Assembly (NCBI GenBank): GCA_041661685.1 | Contig: JBAZTY010000001.1 | Span: forward strand, 320,691 to 384,690 | Direction of reading: 5' to 3' | DNA from: Patescibacteria group bacterium | Lineage (GTDB): Bacteria; Patescibacteriota; Patescibacteriia; Patescibacteriales; UBA12465 | Length of the DNA: 64,000 bases | In this document: piece by piece, positions 59,428 to 64,000 of the stretch | Position numbering within the stretch: position 1 is the first letter of the stretch | How the letters are laid out: the number at the start of each line of letters is the position of its first letter | Position numbers and translations under genes: made by a program | Notes under the pieces: generated by a model | Database searches by the model: none | Told to the model about the DNA's origin: nothing | What the model saw: only the letters and a program-made list of their open reading frames with translations

Positions 59428-60223
59428 ATTGCTCTTGATAGATTTTTGTGAGCTCGGCCGCGATCTCGTCCTTCTTGCTATAAAGAAGGTGGTCGGGTTC
59501 AAGCGTCTTCAGTCTAGCCAGGACCGCTTCAATCACCGACTTATATTTACGCTTCAGCTTCACGTGCTTCTCGCTCTGGGAATCCATAGAATGCAGATCT
59601 ATATTAACGGACAAGTCGGCGAGCTTAAGCGTGAACAGTTCCGGATCGCCCATGATCTCTTCAACATGCTCGGCATAATGGTCATTGATGAAATCCTGCT
59701 TCTCTTCTCCGGTCAGATTAGCGTCTTCAGCTAAAGAATTATAATCATGATTGGTCATGTTCTGGATATAATACTCGACCTTATCTCCGAACCTGTCTTT
59801 TATCTCTTTAAAGCTCCGATTCCGGAGAGTGTTCTTATATTTTTCTTTCAGATTTTCATTGATATCCAGCGGCACGGATTTTCTATGAGGATACTTCCGG
59901 TTATTCCGTTCGACGAAGATGCGGTCGGCCTGATCTTCAACGCCGTCATGAATCAGGGCGGCAATAGTCAATTCGGGATTATCGCTTAATTCCATGACTT
60001 TCTCGGCTACGGCGAGCGGATGGCTCGCGAACGGCCGGCCGTCAGCTCGATCAGCTTGAGGCAGATGGATCTTGAGCATGAAATCGAGCGCCTCAGCGAT
60101 CTTGGCTAAACTTTCGCCGGAAAACTTCTCAGCGATCTTCGCGCGAAAAACTTCAATATCCTGCTCGATCTTTTCCCGCCGGGCAGAGACCTCTTGGTTA
60201 TTGGTTCTCAGTTCGAAAGACAT
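59420..60223 (-). CDS. HD-domain protein of the RelA/SpoT hydrolase type (small alarmone hydrolase-like)
   Basis: 267 aa. HLPQADRADGRPFASHPLAVAEKVMEL..D.ELTIAALIHDGVEDQ matches the (p)ppGpp-hydrolase HD signature. No synthetase domain is present. Confidence 0.8.
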   Translation of the reverse strand: MSFELRTNNQEVSARREKIEQDIEVFRAKIAEKFSGESLAKIAEALDFMLKIHLPQADRADGRPFASHPLAVAEKVMELSDNPELTIAALIHDGVEDQADRIFVERNNRKYPHRKSVPLDINENLKEKYKNTLRNRSFKEIKDRFGDKVEYYIQNMTNHDYNSLAEDANLTGEEKQDFINDHYAEHVEEIMGDPELFTLKLADLSVNIDLHSMDSQSEKHVKLKRKYKSVIEAVLARLKTLEPDHLLYSKKDEIAAELTKIYQEQYE

Positions 60224-60340
60224 ATGGTTTTAGCTTGATTAATTACCTTATCTTTACTCTTATTATAGCTCATTTCCCTGTTTTTATCGACCAATCCGGA
60301 AAATATTGATATTCCCAGCCTTATCCTTTAAACTAAAAAC

Positions 60341-62116
60341 ATGTCCATACTGCTCCAAGTCAGCGAACTCAGCAAAGAATACGGCGGCCAGAAGATCTTT
60401 TCCGGCCTGTCTTTTGCCGTCTCGGAAAAGCAGAAGATCGGCGTTATCGGTCGTAACGGCGCCGGCAAATCAACTATGTTTCGGATAGTCACAGGCGAAG
60501 AAAAGGCCGATAGCGGCGATATCATCATTCATTCCGAAGCCAATATCGGCTACTTAAAACAAACCGATAGCTGGCAGCCGGGGGAAAGCGGTCTGGACTA
60601 TCTCGTGCGCGAGAGCCATAAGCCAGAATGGCGCGCCCAACAAGTAGCCAGCAAGTTCGAGCTCGATGCTGAGAAATTAGGGCAAGCCGCTTCGAGCCTA
60701 TCCGGCGGCTGGCGCATGCGCTTGCGTCTCACCGGCATGCTCTTAAAAGATCCGAATCTTTTTCTCCTCGACGAACCGAGCAATTATTTAGACCTTAATA
60801 CCCTGATCTTACTAGAAGATTATCTGCGCGCCTATCGCGGCAGTTTCCTTATAATCTCTCATGACCGCGAATTCCTAAAACGCACCTGCAACGAGACGAT
60901 CGAAATCTCGAAGACGAGCTGCTATCATTACCCGGGAAATATCGAAGCCTATCTCGCTTTCAAGGAACAGAAGCTCGGCTCCCTCCTGAAAGCCAACGCG
61001 AGCTTAGAGCGGCAGCAGGAACATTGGCAGGAATTCATCGACCGCTTCCGCTATAAGGCCTCGAAAGCGAAACAGGCCCAAGCCATGGCTAGAAAAATTA
61101 CCAAGTTAGAAGAAAAAAGAATCACGGACGAGCACCAAGCCGGTATCACCCGCATCACGATTCCGCCGGTTCCCAAACGCAGCAATTTCGCTCTTAAGAT
61201 AAACGATCTCGATATCGGCTATGCGGATAAGGACGAAATTTCTAAAAAAGTCATTGCTTCAGAAATTGATTTTGATTGCCGCGCTGGCGAGAAGCTCGCT
61301 ATCTTAGGGCTGAACGGCCAAGGTAAGACGACGCTCATCAAGACCCTGACCGGGCGCATCGCGCCTTTACGAGGAGCCTATAAATTCGCGGCTAATAGCC
61401 GCCTTGCTTATCATGGCCAGGAAGAGATTGACCGGATGAACGGCAAGGAACAGGCTGGTGATTTCTTAAGGCGCTCGGCCGCGAGCGAAGTCAAGACCGA
61501 AGCAGTCCTAAAAATGGCCGGCGATTTCTTATTCAAAGATGAAGAACTGAAGAAGCCGATTTCCGTCTTATCCGGCGGCGAACGGGCGCGATTATTACTA
61601 GCGGGATTATTGCTATCGAAACCAGATACCCTGATTCTTGATGAACCGACCTGTCATTTAGATTTCGAGACGACCGAAGCTCTAGCCAATGCCCTGCAGA
61701 AGTTCGCCGGGACAGTCCTATTCGCGAGCCATGACCGGACCTTCTCGAGCCTGGTCGCGACCGGGATAGTCGAGATAAAGGACGGGCAGGCTAAGCGCCG
61801 CCACGAAGATTACGGCGATTATGTCGCGAAACTTGAAAAGGACTTATGGCAGAAATCCCAGGAAGAGCCGGAACCGGCTAAAGACAAAGCCGAGAGCCGG
61901 GAAAAATATCTCGAAAATAAGGCTAGAATAAAAAAAATCCAGTCCCTCGAATGGGAACTGGAAAAGATGCAGGCGTACAAGGAAGAGCTGATGGCTTATT
62001 TCTTAGAGCATTATCATGACTATAAACCGGAGAAAGTCGAAGAGCTAGAAGAACTGAAAAGAATGATCAAGGATAAGGAGGAGTTGTGGTTGGAGTTAAA
62101 TAATGAGGGGGAATAA
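60341..62116 (+). CDS. ABC-F family ATPase (translation-associated, EttA/Uup-like)
   Basis: 591 aa with two cassettes and no TM domain (GRNGAGKST / LSGGWRMRL / FLLDEPSNYLD, and GLNGQGKTT / LSGGERARL / LILDEPTCHLD). Has a charged coiled-coil C-terminus. Confidence 0.92.
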   Translation: MSILLQVSELSKEYGGQKIFSGLSFAVSEKQKIGVIGRNGAGKSTMFRIVTGEEKADSGDIIIHSEANIGYLKQTDSWQPGESGLDYLVRESHKPEWRAQQVASKFELDAEKLGQAASSLSGGWRMRLRLTGMLLKDPNLFLLDEPSNYLDLNTLILLEDYLRAYRGSFLIISHDREFLKRTCNETIEISKTSCYHYPGNIEAYLAFKEQKLGSLLKANASLERQQEHWQEFIDRFRYKASKAKQAQAMARKITKLEEKRITDEHQAGITRITIPPVPKRSNFALKINDLDIGYADKDEISKKVIASEIDFDCRAGEKLAILGLNGQGKTTLIKTLTGRIAPLRGAYKFAANSRLAYHGQEEIDRMNGKEQAGDFLRRSAASEVKTEAVLKMAGDFLFKDEELKKPISVLSGGERARLLLAGLLLSKPDTLILDEPTCHLDFETTEALANALQKFAGTVLFASHDRTFSSLVATGIVEIKDGQAKRRHEDYGDYVAKLEKDLWQKSQEEPEPAKDKAESREKYLENKARIKKIQSLEWELEKMQAYKEELMAYFLEHYHDYKPEKVEELEELKRMIKDKEELWLELNNEGE

Positions 62117-62119
62117 AAA

Positions 62120-62157
62120 AATAGGGTTGAGAGCCTTATTTTTTTTATTACCCTATT
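62120..62157. other. Inverted repeat at the GC-content break after the ABC-F gene
   Basis: AATAGGGT (62120..62127) and ACCCTATT (62150..62157) separated by a 22-nt T-rich loop. Possible terminator or island boundary. Confidence 0.3.
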
Positions 62158-62263
62158 AATCTATTTTAGTTCGAAATATCACGATTTTACCACTTTTTCA
62201 GTCACAATAGCGTCACAACTTTTTGTTTCGCTAGCAATACAAGGGGAGGTGGTAGAATTGATG

Positions 62264-63124
62264 CTACTTATTAATCTTATTTTTTAAATCCTCCAAATAA
62301 TAATAAGGGGCTATTTTTGATTTGAGCGACTTATTCACTTCCCTTAAAACTAGCTTCTTATCCTTTTTGATAACTTTTAATAAAAAGGCAAAAAAAGTAC
62401 AGGGTTCATGCTTGCCGGTTTCCTGGAAATTTAACATTTGGATCAATATGGGAACTAATATTTTTGGATTAAACGCTAAGAGCTTTTTAACTAAAGAGGA
62501 ATCTTTAAAAACTTTATCGCCATTTTTCTCAATTTGTTTTAAAATATTTTCTAATTCCTCGGCCTTAGCCGTTGATACTTGTTTTAAAAATTTATTAATA
62601 TTTATCTTTTTTCTATCTGTTAGCTTCTTTTCAAGTAACAATACAATCCAATCGTTAGAAAGATTAATTAAATTATGAAAGTTTCCCCAACCATTCTCTT
62701 TAACTACATAAAACCAACTTCGCCAAGATTTTAATTGGCTGTTATAGTATTCTTTAGAAAATTTAGAATAATCGGAATAGGATGAGTCTTTCTCCGTCGG
62801 GACTTCTCTGATTAAAGAAAAAACAAACTCTATTTCTTTATGTAATGGAACAAACCCTTTATTTTGGGGTTTAATTTTTCCTAAGATTCTAATTTTAGCG
62901 TTAAGTGCTTCCGGATGAGGGCCTAATAAATTAATTTTATCAGTCGTAAAGCCATGCGGTGGCAATAAAATAATTCTTTTAACCATTTTTGGATTCTCTT
63001 CTTTTAAGCGAATAGAAAAACTAGCCGGCCGTTCAACAATCTCATAGTCATTTGATTGAAAAAGTTGTTTTATAGTCTTCTTGAATAGCGATGATTCTAT
63101 GATTTGTTTAGATGTGAATGGCAT
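62264..63124 (-). CDS. Hypothetical protein in the AT-rich island
   Basis: 286-aa Lys/Asn/Ile-rich ORF, 43 nt downstream of the AAA_13-like ATPase gene with no intervening hairpin. No recognisable motif. Confidence 0.6.
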   Translation of the reverse strand: MPFTSKQIIESSLFKKTIKQLFQSNDYEIVERPASFSIRLKEENPKMVKRIILLPPHGFTTDKINLLGPHPEALNAKIRILGKIKPQNKGFVPLHKEIEFVFSLIREVPTEKDSSYSDYSKFSKEYYNSQLKSWRSWFYVVKENGWGNFHNLINLSNDWIVLLLEKKLTDRKKININKFLKQVSTAKAEELENILKQIEKNGDKVFKDSSLVKKLLAFNPKILVPILIQMLNFQETGKHEPCTFFAFLLKVIKKDKKLVLREVNKSLKSKIAPYYYLEDLKNKINK

Positions 63125-63167
63125 TGAGATAAAAAAAATATCTTTAGCGTAAAATTAGAAATAAGCC

Positions 63168-64000
63168 CTAGCAACTCCCCTCTAAAATTTTATAGTGTAT
63201 CGGGTCAGATTCTTTTACTATATTAAGTAAAATTTTAATGGCATCTTTACTTTCGCTCTTGTCTTTGTGTTCAATCGTGCTTGTTGGATCAGAATTATGT
63301 GAAAATTCATTAACTAATTTATATGCTTTATTCCAGTCCGCATCACTTATTCTATCTTGCTCTTCTTTATCCGTATTTAATTCTTTTACTATTGCTTCCA
63401 TTTTTTGCTTTTGATCTCGTGAATCTGGAATTTTGAAATCTGCGAAAATATCAAAGAATCTTCTTGCGACATTTCCTATAGTATAAAAATCGGCATAATC
63501 CAGATCAACATCTTTAAACTTGTTTAATAAACTAAATAAAAAATGATATTCCGATTTATAGTCTCGTAGTGTTTTATCTAGTTCAACAATTTTGGCCTTT
63601 CGTATGTTTGATTCGGTAAAATTTTCAATCATAAAAAATTCGCAAGGAGTTGGCTTTTTGGCTTCATTACCCGATTTTTCATTGTCTTTTTTATTGTGAT
63701 TATTTTTATTAATAAACCATTCTTTCACTAGATTGAAAAGTTGAAAATTGTGTGTAGAAATAAAAATTTGTCCTACTTCTTTAAAACTTGTATTTATTAA
63801 TGAAAAACAATGATAAATAAAGTTTGAATCAAAACTAGAAATAGGATCATCAATAAAAATAATCCCATCTTTAATTTGAAATTCCTTTTCTCCAACTTTA
63901 ACGATAAAATAAGAAAAAGCTATGGCAGTTTTTTCTCCTTCACTTAAATTTTTTGCGGATTGCCCATCTCTTTTAATAATATAACCTTTTTTATTATCGT
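63168..64000 (-). CDS. AAA_13-like (PrrC/RloC-type ABC-fold) ATPase, C-terminal part; N-terminus lies beyond the window
   Basis: The track starts this ORF at a GTG (63728), but the frame stays open to nt 64000: ...KKGYIIKRDGQSAKNLSEGEKTAIAFSYFIVKVGEKEFQIKDGIIFIDDPISSFDSNFIYHCFSLI...ISTHNFQLFNLVKEW... It has an ABC signature-like LSEGEK, a Walker-B/D-loop IFIDDPISSFD, then SEYHFLFSLL, GNVARRFFDIF and LVNEFSHN, as in AAA_13 family C-termini. Confidence 0.7.
   Translation of the reverse strand, partial: DNKKGYIIKRDGQSAKNLSEGEKTAIAFSYFIVKVGEKEFQIKDGIIFIDDPISSFDSNFIYHCFSLINTSFKEVGQIFISTHNFQLFNLVKEWFINKNNHNKKDNEKSGNEAKKPTPCEFFMIENFTESNIRKAKIVELDKTLRDYKSEYHFLFSLLNKFKDVDLDYADFYTIGNVARRFFDIFADFKIPDSRDQKQKMEAIVKELNTDKEEQDRISDADWNKAYKLVNEFSHNSDPTSTIEHKDKSESKDAIKILLNIVKESDPIHYKILEGSC

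Noticed and set aside
60306-60528. Small ORFs on both strands at the 5' end of the ABC-F gene
   Set aside because: They overlap the ABC-F N-terminal Walker A region, which is clearly the real reading frame.
1-64000. Alternative genetic code (UGA recoding, as in some CPR lineages)
   Set aside because: Well-conserved genes end at TGA where homologs end (copA at 48548..48550, the FAD gene at 56522..56524). No conserved ORF is interrupted by in-frame TGA.
1-64000. Mobile elements, integrases, prophage genes, rRNA operons, CRISPR-cas
   Set aside because: No transposase, integrase or phage structural motifs, terminal inverted repeats or rRNA-like sequence were recognised. The only compositional island is at 62117..64000.

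Overview
This is a gene-dense 64-kb bacterial chromosome fragment. I count about 60 protein genes and 2 tRNAs, mostly on the minus strand, with many genes abutting or overlapping by a few nt. I saw no rRNA, CRISPR array, transposase or integrase. TGA is used as a stop codon (copA, FAD gene), so the standard code 11 applies.

The content is mainly housekeeping:
- rpsB-tsf
- eno-pyk
- tgt, rlmN, sodB
- a partial dcw cluster (mraZ-rsmH-ftsL-ftsI-murF)
- cysS, dus, hisS, rnhB, rarA
- tRNA-Val and tRNA-Leu
- an ABC-F ATPase

Interleaved with these are envelope and accessory blocks:
- a DUF4012 / glycosyltransferase / rfbA-rfbD surface-polymer cluster
- two large secreted proteins that share a ~50-aa module
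- a csoR-regulated copper operon
- an ECF-sigma cluster with a MacAB/HlyD-like exporter
- two tandem CheY-like receivers followed by cupredoxin, DUF1294 and an HD hydrolase
- a visibly AT-rich terminal island carrying an AAA_13-like ATPase, cut by the window edge

Several traits suggest a small-genome Patescibacteria/CPR-like organism. These are the DUF4012 protein, the sigma-region-4/HARE-HTH protein, a pyruvate kinase lacking its C-domain, and the compact gene layout. This is inference only.

The strongest sequence-level discovery is a bipartite motif, GAAGAAAT-N11-(G/T)GCGTATTA. It occurs three times with identical spacing, each time in front of a transcription unit of the ECF cluster, so it is a candidate ECF regulon. 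The best candidate for an undescribed system is the AT-rich two-gene cassette at the right edge: an AAA_13-like ATPase plus an unknown 286-aa protein. All family assignments come from motif recognition by eye; no database search was run.
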